From positions 31,696-95,695 of the forward strand of contig CAZHUO010000001.1 in the NCBI GenBank assembly GCA_964535715.1: 64,000 bases of DNA. Direction: 5' to 3'. Position numbers and translations under genes: made by a program. Positions 19,997 through 29,360 of this stretch are shown here, piece after piece; position 1 is the first letter of the stretch, and each line of letters begins with the position of its first letter. The stretch comes from an uncultured Gammaproteobacteria bacterium. GTDB lineage: Bacteria > Patescibacteriota > Patescibacteriia > Buchananbacterales > UBA6539. The notes below the pieces were generated by a model, which was not told the DNA's origin, ran no database searches, and saw only the letters and a list, made by a program, of their open reading frames with translations.

Positions 19997-21892
19997 ATGG
20001 CAATTTCTCCGCAAGAAATAATTAAAGAGGAAAAACTTAAAGCCCTCAAAGAAAAAGGCCTGATTGATTCTGTAAAAACCAAAAAGGAAGAAGTGGCAGA
20101 TGTAAAAGAGCAAAAAGTTCTGCTCGAAGAGGAAAGAATCTACCGGGAAGGGATAGTTTCAATTAAGGATTTAATTGCTCCATCATCGATGGAAGTTACC
20201 CCGACTTTCATAAAGCTCGGTACCCAGTTTGTCAGGACTATTTTTGCAGTCAGTTATCCGCGCTATATTGCCGTTGGCTGGTTTGCGCCGATTATCAATG
20301 TCAGTGCAGTTTTGGATATAGCAATGTTTTTTTATCCCTTAAGCGCCCATATAATTTTAAAACAATTAAGGAATAAGGTCGGCGCCTTGGAAGCGCAAAT
20401 TATTGCCGACCGGGAAAAAGGAGCGCCGCGCGACCCAATCAGGGAAACAGCTCTCAGAGACATAGAAAAATTAAGAGATGACCTTACTCAGGGAATTGAA
20501 CATTTTTTTCAATTTGGACTTTATGTGACAATATATACGGAATCCAAAGAAAAATTGGAAAATTTAACCAATGATATAGAGGCGATGTTTGGCATGCGTT
20601 TGGTTATTTCAAAAAAAGTTTTATATCAATCCGAGCAGGGATTCAATTCGACTCTGCCTTTGGGCAATGACGAGCTGATGATCAGCTTTAATATGAATTC
20701 TTCGCCAATTGCATCTTCGTTTCCTTTCATATCTTCAGAGCTTACTTCGGATGAAGGAATTTTATACGGGATAAACCGCCACAACAACAGCTTGATTTTA
20801 TTTAATCGATTTTCTTTGCAAAATGCCAATACGGTTGTATTTGCGACATCCGGCGCCGGAAAAAGCTATGCAATTAAGCTTGAAGTTTTAAGGACTATGA
20901 TGTTTGGAACGGACATTATTGTCATTGATCCGGAGCGGGAATACAAGCATCTTTGCGATGCTGTCGGCGGAGCTTATGTCAATATTTCATTAAGTTCTGA
21001 GGCAAAAGTAAATCCTTTTGATCTGCCCAGGGCGATTGGAGAGCAAAAAACTTCCGATGTCATCCGCGGAGCGGTCATATCGCTTAAGGGTTTGATGAGG
21101 CTGATGCTTGGCCAGTTAAGCCATCAGGAAGATTCTTTAGTTGACCGGGCGCTTTTGGAAACTTATGCTAAAAAAGACATTACCGGAGATTCTGACTTGT
21201 CAAAAGTTGAATCGCCGATAATGCAGGATTTTCAAGATATTCTTGAGGGAATGGAAGGCGGATCAGATTTGGCTTTACGGCTTAAAAAATATACAAAAGG
21301 AACTTTTTCGGGTCTTTTTAATAATCCGACAAATGTTGATATGAAAAATCAGCTGGTTATTTTTTCGGTACGCGACCTGGAAGATGAGCTTCGGCCGATT
21401 GCAATTTATAATATTGTCAATTATATTTGGAATGTGGTTCGTTCCGAACTTAAAAAGAGGATTTTAATAATTGATGAGGCATGGTGGCTGATGCAGAATG
21501 AAGATTCGGCAAAATTCATATATGCATTGGTTAAGCGCTGCAGAAAATATTATCTTGGAGTCACCAATATTACTCAGGACGTTAATGACTTTTTGCTTTC
21601 TCCGTACGGCCAGGCAATTGTCAATAATTCGGCATTGCAGCTTCTAATGCGCCAGTCTTCGGCATCTATTGATCTTGTTCAAAAAACTTTTTTACTGACC
21701 GAAGGAGAAAAATATCTGCTTTTGGAATGCGGAGTTGGGGAGGGCATATTTTTTGCCGGTGACAAGCATGCGGCCATTAAAGTAGTTTCTTCTTATACCG
21801 AAGACCAGCTGATTACTTCCGACCCCAGGCAAATTTTGGAAATTGAACAGTCTAAAAGAGAATTTGAAGAATCAAGATCTGAAAGAGAATAG
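19997..21892 (+). CDS. VirB4/TraC-like secretion ATPase
   Basis: Walker A ATSGAGKS, VIDPERE, VNPFD, Walker B LIIDEAWW, RKY..ITQ. Confidence 0.9.
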   Translation: MAISPQEIIKEEKLKALKEKGLIDSVKTKKEEVADVKEQKVLLEEERIYREGIVSIKDLIAPSSMEVTPTFIKLGTQFVRTIFAVSYPRYIAVGWFAPIINVSAVLDIAMFFYPLSAHIILKQLRNKVGALEAQIIADREKGAPRDPIRETALRDIEKLRDDLTQGIEHFFQFGLYVTIYTESKEKLENLTNDIEAMFGMRLVISKKVLYQSEQGFNSTLPLGNDELMISFNMNSSPIASSFPFISSELTSDEGILYGINRHNNSLILFNRFSLQNANTVVFATSGAGKSYAIKLEVLRTMMFGTDIIVIDPEREYKHLCDAVGGAYVNISLSSEAKVNPFDLPRAIGEQKTSDVIRGAVISLKGLMRLMLGQLSHQEDSLVDRALLETYAKKDITGDSDLSKVESPIMQDFQDILEGMEGGSDLALRLKKYTKGTFSGLFNNPTNVDMKNQLVIFSVRDLEDELRPIAIYNIVNYIWNVVRSELKKRILIIDEAWWLMQNEDSAKFIYALVKRCRKYYLGVTNITQDVNDFLLSPYGQAIVNNSALQLLMRQSSASIDLVQKTFLLTEGEKYLLLECGVGEGIFFAGDKHAAIKVVSSYTEDQLITSDPRQILEIEQSKREFEESRSERE

Positions 21893-21918
21893 ATATTAAA
21901 AAATTAATAATAAAAAAT

Positions 21919-22530
21919 ATGAATATTAATTTTGGAGAGATTTCAAAAAGAAACAAAATAATTATTTTGGTTTCAGTGGCAGTAATTATTTTGATTATTG
22001 CCTTATTGATTTGGTTTTTTTCAAAAAGTAAGTCTGAGCCGCCAATAGCCGGTTTGGTAAATACTAATCAAGGAGTGAGCGGCCCTTCAGAATTGCCCAG
22101 CGCTTCTTTGGTTATTCCTGAATATGATGCTTCTTTGGTAAAAGATAAAGAACTTGATGCCGGCCTAAGGGCGATTGCCTTTACATTTTCCGAACGCTTT
22201 GGCAGCTATTCAAATGAAGGAAATTTTAACAACGTCGAGTCGGTAAACAGCATTATGACGGCTAGAATGAGGGCGTGGGTGACTAACTATCTCATACAAC
22301 AGGGTGAAAGGCAATCAGACGCCGTTTATTACGGCATTACTACCAAGGCTCTTTCAGTAAATATAAGTAAATTCGATGAAAATTCCGGGCGAGCCGAAGT
22401 AATTGTTACGACTCAAAGACAAGAAAATCTGGGCAGCACGGAAAATGCCAAAGTCTATTATCAAGATTTAAAATTAGATTTGGTAAACAGCGAACAAGGC
22501 TGGAAGGTTGATTCGGCTTCGTGGCTTTAG
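21919..22530 (+). CDS. Bitopic membrane protein, possibly NTF2-like (VirB8/TcpC-like)
   Basis: N-terminal TM, FSERFGSYSN, C-terminal GWKVD strand. Confidence 0.55.
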   Translation: MNINFGEISKRNKIIILVSVAVIILIIALLIWFFSKSKSEPPIAGLVNTNQGVSGPSELPSASLVIPEYDASLVKDKELDAGLRAIAFTFSERFGSYSNEGNFNNVESVNSIMTARMRAWVTNYLIQQGERQSDAVYYGITTKALSVNISKFDENSGRAEVIVTTQRQENLGSTENAKVYYQDLKLDLVNSEQGWKVDSASWL

Positions 22531-22603
22531 GGTTTATAGGCATAGTAAATCAACATAGCGTATCTAAAGTTGGCAAATTTAAAGCCGACAAACATTAGCT
22601 GCT

Positions 22604-23269
22604 ATGTTTGATTTTAAAAATTACATTATTGATTTGCTTTTTCCTATCGAATGCATTGGCTGCAATAAAGAAGGCAGATGGATTTGTGATAATTGCATAA
22701 ACGAAATAAAAATTAACTCGGAAATTATTGAGCTGAAAGGAAAAAATAATTATCTTTCCGGCTTACTGGTCGCATCAGACTATAATCAGAAATTGATATG
22801 CAATGCATTGCATTTATTCAAATATAATTTTGCTTATTCTTTAGGAAATGATTTGGCGGAAATATTATTAAAGTATTTAAAATCAATTTTAATAAGAGAA
22901 AATTTTGATAAATTCGACATGGTAATTCCAGTTCCTTTGTCAAAAAAAAGAAGGCTTTGGAGAGGTTTCAATCAGTCAGAAATTTTAGCAGTCAAAGTCT
23001 GTCACGAATTCGGCTGGTTGCTTTCATCGGATACATTGGGCCGCAAGATTAATAATGTTCCCCAAGTCGGCCTAAACGCCAAAGAAAGACGCGAAAATGT
23101 CAGGGATATATTTTATTTAAAAAGCGATAATTTGCTGTATAATCGAAATATACTATTGATAGATGATGTTTTTACAACCGGGGCGACAATGCAGGAATGT
23201 GCCAAAATATTAAAAATGGGAGGGGCAAATTCCGTTTGGGGTCTGGCATTGGCAAAAAACCAGGCTTGA
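22604..23269 (+). CDS. comF: ComF family phosphoribosyltransferase-like competence protein
   Basis: LFPIECIGC..ICDNC zinc finger, PVPL..RGFNQ, LLIDDVFTTGAT. Confidence 0.93.
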   Translation: MFDFKNYIIDLLFPIECIGCNKEGRWICDNCINEIKINSEIIELKGKNNYLSGLLVASDYNQKLICNALHLFKYNFAYSLGNDLAEILLKYLKSILIRENFDKFDMVIPVPLSKKRRLWRGFNQSEILAVKVCHEFGWLLSSDTLGRKINNVPQVGLNAKERRENVRDIFYLKSDNLLYNRNILLIDDVFTTGATMQECAKILKMGGANSVWGLALAKNQA

Positions 23270-23294
23270 TAATTTAATGGCTTTATGCTAAGAT
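23266..23294 (+). promoter_or_regulatory. Putative sigma70 promoter upstream of tRNA-Ser
   Basis: TTGATA-17 bp-TAAGAT with extended TG. Confidence 0.5.
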
Positions 23295-23487
23295 TTACTA
23301 GTTAAAATAATCAGGATTAATCGTTAACTGCTCATTTTAAATTGTAAATTGTTAACTTGCCTATAAGCAAGCTGTTAATTGTTAACCTGCCTACCGTCTT
23401 GTTGCCGAGTGCCGGCAGGCAGTTAACTGTTAATTGTTTCAGCCAGAGGCTGATTCGCCTATGGCGAAAACTGTCAACTGTTATTAT

Positions 23488-23579
<92 letters not shown>

Positions 23580-23662
23580 CTACGCTCCTCACTTTGTTCG
23601 GAGCTTCGTCTGACAGGCTAGATAATATCAACATAGCGCGCTTAATAAATAATTTTTGCGCT

Positions 23663-23917
23663 ATGTACTATGTTTATTTTTTGAAAAGTAAGAAAGCAGA
23701 AAATTGGATATATACAGGTTCAACAGTTAATTTAAAAAAAAGATTTTTAGATCACAGTTTAGGAAAATCATTATCGACAAAACCATATTTACCAGTTTAT
23801 TTAGCAGCTTATATAGCAGTTAAAACAGAAAGAAAGGCAAGAGATTTAGAAAAATATTTTAAGGCTGGGTCAGGCAAAGCAATATTAAAAAAAAGAATTT
23901 TAACTAACGAAGTGTAA
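23663..23917 (+). CDS. Small GIY-YIG nuclease family protein (84 aa)
   Basis: MYYVYFLKS...YTGST.NL..RF..H..G...TK; the longer ORF call would run through the tRNA. Confidence 0.88.
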   Translation: MYYVYFLKSKKAENWIYTGSTVNLKKRFLDHSLGKSLSTKPYLPVYLAAYIAVKTERKARDLEKYFKAGSGKAILKKRILTNEV

Positions 23918-24065
23918 AAGTAATCAGTTTTAAGCGACGAAGCCCTTTAAAGGGCGTAGTCGCTCCCACCCTCTCCGCCAGACTACGCTCCTCACTTTGT
24001 TCGGAGCTTCGTCTGACAGGCTAGATAATATCAACATAGCGCGCTTAATAAATAATTTTTGCGCT

Positions 24066-24502
24066 ATGTACTATGTTTATTTTTTGAAAAGTAAGAAAGC
24101 AGAAAATTGGATATATACAGGTTCAACAGTTAATTTAAAAAAAAGATTTTTAGATCACAGTTTAGGAAAATCATTATCGACAAAACCATATTTACCAGTT
24201 TATTGGCGACGTAGGGCGAGAGAAACAAAAAGTAAACAACTTTTGTTTCCGAGCCGAGGAGCCATCAAAGGGTCAATACCCGAAAGCGCTCCGTCGCCAA
24301 AGCTTTAATTATTCAGCTTTGGAGCGTCGGCGACTTGCTGCGGAAGAAGTGGGCGGAGCTTGCTCCGCGGTTTAATACCCTTTATTTAGCAGCTTATATA
24401 GCAGTTAAAACAGAAAGAAAGGCAAGAGATTTAGAAAAATATTTTAAGGCTGGGTCAGGCAAAGCAATATTAAAAAAAAGAATTTTAACTAACGAAGTGT
24501 AA
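24066..24502 (+). pseudogene. Second GIY-YIG copy disrupted by the TTTATT element
   Basis: Matches 23663-23917 on both sides of a 182-bp frame-breaking insertion. Confidence 0.9.
24205..24380 (+). mobile_element. TTTATT-flanked element, copy 2 (176 bp)
   Basis: TTTATT at 24199-24204 and 24381-24386; the intact paralog has a single TTTATT (ACCAG-TTTATT-TAGC). Confidence 0.92.
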
Positions 24503-24596
24503 ACGTAATCAGTTTTAAGCGACGAAGCCCTTTAAAGGGCGTAGTCGCATCCACCCTCTCAATTTGAATATATATAAAAATAAATAAAATAAATTT

Positions 24597-25094
24597 ATGT
24601 CAAAAGAAATAATTGAAGGTGAAGATTTGGGAAAAATTTTATTCAAATGGCAGTTTCCTGAATTTCCGAAATATGACAGGAAAAGGGGCTGGTATATTTG
24701 GGGCGGTATTATCATTTTTGTGTTTATAATTTATTCCATCATTACATCTAATTTTCTTTTTGCCTTAATTACGGTAATTTTTACCCTGACAATCATGCTT
24801 TTTCGCCAAAGTGAAAATACCGTTGATTTCAAAATTACCGAGGATGGCATTGTTGTTAACAGTAAGTTCTATGAATATAAAGAAATTAAGAATTTTTATA
24901 TAATATATGAGCCGCCGGAAGTAAAAAATCTTTATTTTGAACCAAAAAGCCTTCTTAGTCCGAGAATTCCAATAAATTTAGAGGATCAGAATCCGGTGCT
25001 TATCAGAAAAACCTTACTGCAATATTTGGACGAGGATTTGGATCGAGAAAATGAGCCGACTTCTGACCAGTTTTCCCGATTGTTTAAATTATAA
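24597..25094 (+). CDS. Hypothetical membrane protein (2 TM plus possible PH-like domain)
   Basis: Two hydrophobic helices then ITEDGIVV..FYEYKEIKNF. Confidence 0.75.
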   Translation: MSKEIIEGEDLGKILFKWQFPEFPKYDRKRGWYIWGGIIIFVFIIYSIITSNFLFALITVIFTLTIMLFRQSENTVDFKITEDGIVVNSKFYEYKEIKNFYIIYEPPEVKNLYFEPKSLLSPRIPINLEDQNPVLIRKTLLQYLDEDLDRENEPTSDQFSRLFKL

Positions 25095-25137
25095 ATCCCA
25101 GGAATTTTTTGATGAAAATCAGATAGTTTACGGTTAT

Positions 25138-25211
25138 GTCCCAGTAGCTCAGCTGGATAGAGCGCAAGCTTGCGGAGCTTGAGGCCGCAGGTTCGATTCC
25201 TGCCTGGGACG
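25138..25211 (+). tRNA. tRNA-Arg(GCG)
   Basis: GTCCCAG/CTGGGAC acceptor stem, AGCTCAGCTGGATAGAGC D arm, CAAGC-TTGCGGA-GCTTG anticodon arm, GTTCGATTC. Confidence 0.93.
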
Positions 25212-25236
25212 CTACCATTATTTGTAAATATCGGAA

Positions 25237-27306
25237 ATGAAATTTGATTTAAAAACTTCCGTAGATAAAATTACTCGGGTCGGCAAAGCAACTGCCGGCC
25301 GTTTGAGAAAGCTTGATATTGAGACCGTTTTGGATCTCATTTTTTATTATCCTTTCCGCTGGCAGGACTTTAGCCAAATTGTTGATATTTCTGATTTAAA
25401 ACCAACCGATGCAATTACCATTAAAGCCAAAATCCAGTTGATCAACAGCCGCCGAAGCTTTGCCAAAAAGAAAATTTTAACCGAAGCGTTAGTTTCTGAC
25501 AAAACCGGGACCATAAAAGTAATTTGGTTTAATCAGCCATTTTTAACAAAAGTTTTAAAGCCGGGTGATGAAATATATCTTTCAGGCAAAGTTGATTTTG
25601 ACCGCTATTCATTGCAATTTATCAATCCAATATACGAAAAAGTTGCCCTAAGCCAAACGACAACCCATACTGCCAGGCTAGTGCCGATTTATTCTGTGAC
25701 CAGCAACCTTACCGGAAAGCAACTGCGTTTTCTGATTAAGTCTGTAATGCCGGCGATTAATCTGGTAGAAGACTGGCTGCCCAAGGAAATTATAAAAAAT
25801 TACGGCTTGGTTGATTTGCATTTTGCTTTAAGTCAAATCCATTTTCCCAAAAATAAAAAATGCCTAGATCAGGCAGTTAAAAGGCTTAAGTTCGACGAGC
25901 TTTTTTTATTTCAGCTGCAAGTCCAGCTGACCAAAAAAGAAATCAGTCTAAGCCAAGCTAAAAGCATCAAATTCAAGGAAAAAGAAACTAAGGATTTCGT
26001 TTCAGCGCTGCCTTTTAGGCTTACTGATGACCAGCGCAAAGCCGCTTGGCAGATAATTTCTGATGTTCAAAAAAGCAGGCCGATGAATCGGCTTTTGGAA
26101 GGCGAAGTCGGTAGTGGCAAAACTTTAGTGGCGATAATTGCCATGCTTAATACGGCATTAAATTGTAAGCAAGCCGTTTTGCTTGCACCGACCGAAATTT
26201 TAGCCAGCCAACATTACAAAAGCATTTTTGATCTTTTACGGGGTAATGGCATTAAAACTGCGCTTTTGAGCCGTTCTTATCATATGCTGGACGGCAAAGA
26301 AGCCGGAAAAAAAGAAATTTTGAATTGTTTAAAGACCGGTTTAGCAGAAATTATTGTGGGAACACATTCATTAATCCAGGAAAACGTCACATTTAAAGAT
26401 TTGGCATTGGCAATAATAGACGAACAGCATCGGTTCGGCGTAAACCAAAGAAAACATTTGTGCAACCTTTCCGGCAATTTGGAAACTTTTCCTCATTTTC
26501 TTTCAATGACGGCAACGCCGATTCCGCGATCACTTGCTTTGACTCTGTATGGCGATTTGGAAATTTCAATTATCAAGCAGCTGCCCAAGGATCGAAAAAA
26601 AATAATTACTAAAATTATAGATTATTCATCCAAAAAAAAGACTTATGAATTTATGAGAAAACAGATACGGTCGGGCAGGCAGGCTTTTGTAATCTGCCCA
26701 TTGATTGATCCATCGGATAAGCTTGGAGTTAAATCAGTCAGTGAAGAATATGAAAAATTGAGCAAAGAAATATTTCCGGATTTGAAAATTAAAATGCTTC
26801 ACGGCAGGCTGAAATCAGTTGAAAAAGAAAAAATAATGGTTGATTTTTTGGCTGAAAAAAGCGATATTTTGGTTGCAACCTCTGTTATTGAAGTCGGTGT
26901 TGATGTGCCTAATGCTTCAATAATGCTGATAGAGGGTGCTGACCGGTTCGGACTGGCTCAGCTTCATCAGTTCCGCGGCCGTGTCGGGCGTGGCCAGCAC
27001 CAGTCATACTGTTTTTTGTTCAGTGAGAATAAAAATCCAAAGACTTGTCAAAGACTTTTGGCTTTAACTACTGCCAAAGACGGCTTTGAGCTGGCCGAAC
27101 TGGATTTGCAGCTTAGAGGTCCAGGTGAAATATACGGCACAATCCAATCCGGTTTTCCGGAATTCAAAATTGCTAAATTTTCCGATGTTGAGATTATTAA
27201 CCAAGCAAAAGAAGCGGCAGAAAAAATTGTTTTAGAAGGGATAGAAAAGCATTCCTTGCTTAAAGAAAAAATGGCTCAACTGTCAAAGTCAGTCCATTTG
27301 GAATAG
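25237..27306 (+). CDS. recG: ATP-dependent DNA helicase RecG
   Basis: MNRLLEGEVGSGKT, IIDEQHRFGV, MTATPIPRSL, QLHQFRGRVGRG, DLQLRGPGE. Confidence 0.98.
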   Translation: MKFDLKTSVDKITRVGKATAGRLRKLDIETVLDLIFYYPFRWQDFSQIVDISDLKPTDAITIKAKIQLINSRRSFAKKKILTEALVSDKTGTIKVIWFNQPFLTKVLKPGDEIYLSGKVDFDRYSLQFINPIYEKVALSQTTTHTARLVPIYSVTSNLTGKQLRFLIKSVMPAINLVEDWLPKEIIKNYGLVDLHFALSQIHFPKNKKCLDQAVKRLKFDELFLFQLQVQLTKKEISLSQAKSIKFKEKETKDFVSALPFRLTDDQRKAAWQIISDVQKSRPMNRLLEGEVGSGKTLVAIIAMLNTALNCKQAVLLAPTEILASQHYKSIFDLLRGNGIKTALLSRSYHMLDGKEAGKKEILNCLKTGLAEIIVGTHSLIQENVTFKDLALAIIDEQHRFGVNQRKHLCNLSGNLETFPHFLSMTATPIPRSLALTLYGDLEISIIKQLPKDRKKIITKIIDYSSKKKTYEFMRKQIRSGRQAFVICPLIDPSDKLGVKSVSEEYEKLSKEIFPDLKIKMLHGRLKSVEKEKIMVDFLAEKSDILVATSVIEVGVDVPNASIMLIEGADRFGLAQLHQFRGRVGRGQHQSYCFLFSENKNPKTCQRLLALTTAKDGFELAELDLQLRGPGEIYGTIQSGFPEFKIAKFSDVEIINQAKEAAEKIVLEGIEKHSLLKEKMAQLSKSVHLE

Positions 27307-27329
27307 TTTATAATTTTTTAGTATAATTT

Positions 27330-27387
27330 CTACAAGCTACAAGCTACAAGCTACAAGCTACAAGCTACAAGCTACAAGCTACAAGCT
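27330..27387. repeat. Perfect heptanucleotide microsatellite (CTACAAG)x8
   Basis: Eight exact units; overlaps the mpg stop codon. Confidence 0.97.
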
Positions 27388-27921
27388 GATATAAAACCGC
27401 CAAAGCTTGTCTTTGTATTCACCGGCATAATCAACATTGACTCGCGGTGCTTTTTTTATATCTGTTGGTTTTATTTTCACACCCCGCTCTTCAATCCAAA
27501 GCTGGCAGCTTTTGCCAAAAGCCGGGCTGGAATTTATTGATTTGTCAATTTTAAAAGCTTTGCAGAGCTTGCCCGGTCCATCAGTTTTAGTTTTTAAGTT
27601 AATTCCTAAAATAGGTTTAACCCCGCGGATCAAAACAGCAGCTGGATAATTTTTGTGTTCAGTCACCACATTAAGGCAATTATACATTCCATAGATTAAA
27701 TAGACATACCAAAAACCTGGTGATCCAAACATTATTTCATTTCTTTTGGTTTTTCCGCGGCTGGCGTGTGAAGCTTTGTCAGATAGTCCAACGTATGCTT
27801 CAGTTTCAGTGATCATGCCAACTATTATTTTTTTACCAATTTTTCTAATTAAAAATTTTCCCAGCAATTGCTGGGCAGTTTTAATAGTTGGCTGATTGTA
27901 AAAATTTTTGTTCAGTTTCAT
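27379..27921 (-). CDS. mpg: DNA-3-methyladenine glycosylase (MPG/AAG family)
   Basis: ITETEAY, YVYLIYGMY.CLNVV, AVLIRG, GPGKLC. Confidence 0.95.
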   Translation of the reverse strand: MKLNKNFYNQPTIKTAQQLLGKFLIRKIGKKIIVGMITETEAYVGLSDKASHASRGKTKRNEIMFGSPGFWYVYLIYGMYNCLNVVTEHKNYPAAVLIRGVKPILGINLKTKTDGPGKLCKAFKIDKSINSSPAFGKSCQLWIEERGVKIKPTDIKKAPRVNVDYAGEYKDKLWRFYISL

Positions 27922-27945
27922 TACCCTCAGAGTGAGTATTTATGG

Positions 27946-29286
27946 TCAATCAATTATTTTTACCGCTTCCGCCAAGCTTTTGACTTGGTAGATTTTTGCT
28001 TTAGAAGAAATTATTTCTTTGGTATTGGGAATTATTATATTTTTAAAGCCCAATTTTTCCGCTTCAGCAATTCTTTTTGCCGTCTGATTTACAGCTCTGA
28101 CTTCACCGCCCAAACCGACCTCACCGAAAGCCAACATGTCTGACGGGATAATTTTGTTTTTTAAGGCGGAATAAATCGCTAAACATACCGCCAGATCGAT
28201 TGCCGGTTCGCTGACTTTCAGTCCGCCGACTAAATTGAGATAAATATCATTATTTGCCAGCTTCAAGCCCAGGCGGCGTGACAAAGTGGCAATTAAAAGT
28301 AAAAGCCGGTTTAAATCAAAGCCTTGGCTTTTGCGTTGGGGATAGCCAAAATTAGTTAAATTTTCCAGAATTTGCACTTCTATTAAAAATACTCTTGAGC
28401 CTTCCAGTGCGGCGGTAATTATTGTTCCGGCAGTTGGATTTTTTTCAGTTAAAAATATTGCTCCCGGATTTTTAACTTCAACCAAGCCTTTTGTCTGCAT
28501 TTCAAATATTCCAACCTCAAATGTCGAGCCAAAACGATTTTTAACCGTTCGAAGGATTCTGAAGGAATGGAATTGGTCGCCTTCAAGGTATAAAACAGTG
28601 TCAACCAGATGTTCAAGCGTCTTGGGTCCGGCAACTTCGCCAAATTTTGTTACGTGGCCGATTATTAAAATACAAATATTATTTTTTTTCGCCATATCCA
28701 GCAGCTTCGTGGCGCAGATTCTGACCTGGTTTATGCTACCGGCGCCTGACGCCGTTTCATCAGAGTAGACAGTTTGAATAGAATCAATTATTGCAAGCTT
28801 CGGTTTTTGATCTAGTATTGTTGAAATTATCGTCTCAACATTGGTTTCGCCGAGAAAACTCAGGTTGCCGGTTTTTATTTCAAGCCGATCGATTCTGGTT
28901 TTAATTTGTTCAGCCGATTCCTCGCCTGATACATAAAGGATTGATTCTTTTATTTTATGGCAAATCTGCAAAACCAGCGTTGATTTGCCTATCCCTGGTT
29001 CGCCGCCAAGCAAGATTACTGATCCGCTTACAATCCCGCCGCCTAAGACGCGGTCAAATTCTTCAATGCCGGTTTGAAGCCTTTTAAAATTATTAATCTT
29101 TATATTATCAAAAGATACCACTTTTGCAGGCGTTATTTTGTTTTTAGTTGTTTGGGATTTTGAATTTTTTATTTCTGATTTATCCAATGTTCCCCACTGT
29201 CCGCATTCCGTGCATCTTCCTTGCCATTTGGGAAATTGGGCATCACAGTTTTGGCAGATATAGATTTCTGAGATTGGTTTGGGCAT
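27946..29286 (-). CDS. radA: DNA repair protein RadA/Sms
   Basis: C4 zinc finger, GGEPGIGKSTL, IIDSIQ, KNRFG, Lon-like C-terminus. Confidence 0.98.
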   Translation of the reverse strand: MPKPISEIYICQNCDAQFPKWQGRCTECGQWGTLDKSEIKNSKSQTTKNKITPAKVVSFDNIKINNFKRLQTGIEEFDRVLGGGIVSGSVILLGGEPGIGKSTLVLQICHKIKESILYVSGEESAEQIKTRIDRLEIKTGNLSFLGETNVETIISTILDQKPKLAIIDSIQTVYSDETASGAGSINQVRICATKLLDMAKKNNICILIIGHVTKFGEVAGPKTLEHLVDTVLYLEGDQFHSFRILRTVKNRFGSTFEVGIFEMQTKGLVEVKNPGAIFLTEKNPTAGTIITAALEGSRVFLIEVQILENLTNFGYPQRKSQGFDLNRLLLLIATLSRRLGLKLANNDIYLNLVGGLKVSEPAIDLAVCLAIYSALKNKIIPSDMLAFGEVGLGGEVRAVNQTAKRIAEAEKLGFKNIIIPNTKEIISSKAKIYQVKSLAEAVKIID

Positions 29287-29360
29287 ATATAGGTAAATTT
29301 AGCCAGACCAGTAAATCCAGCCGGTCAACTGGATTTACTAAATTTACTGAAATTGTTAAT

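Noticed and set aside
23997-24308. 103-aa ORF as a separate gene
   Set aside because: It is the 5' half of the disrupted GIY-YIG copy reading into the inserted element
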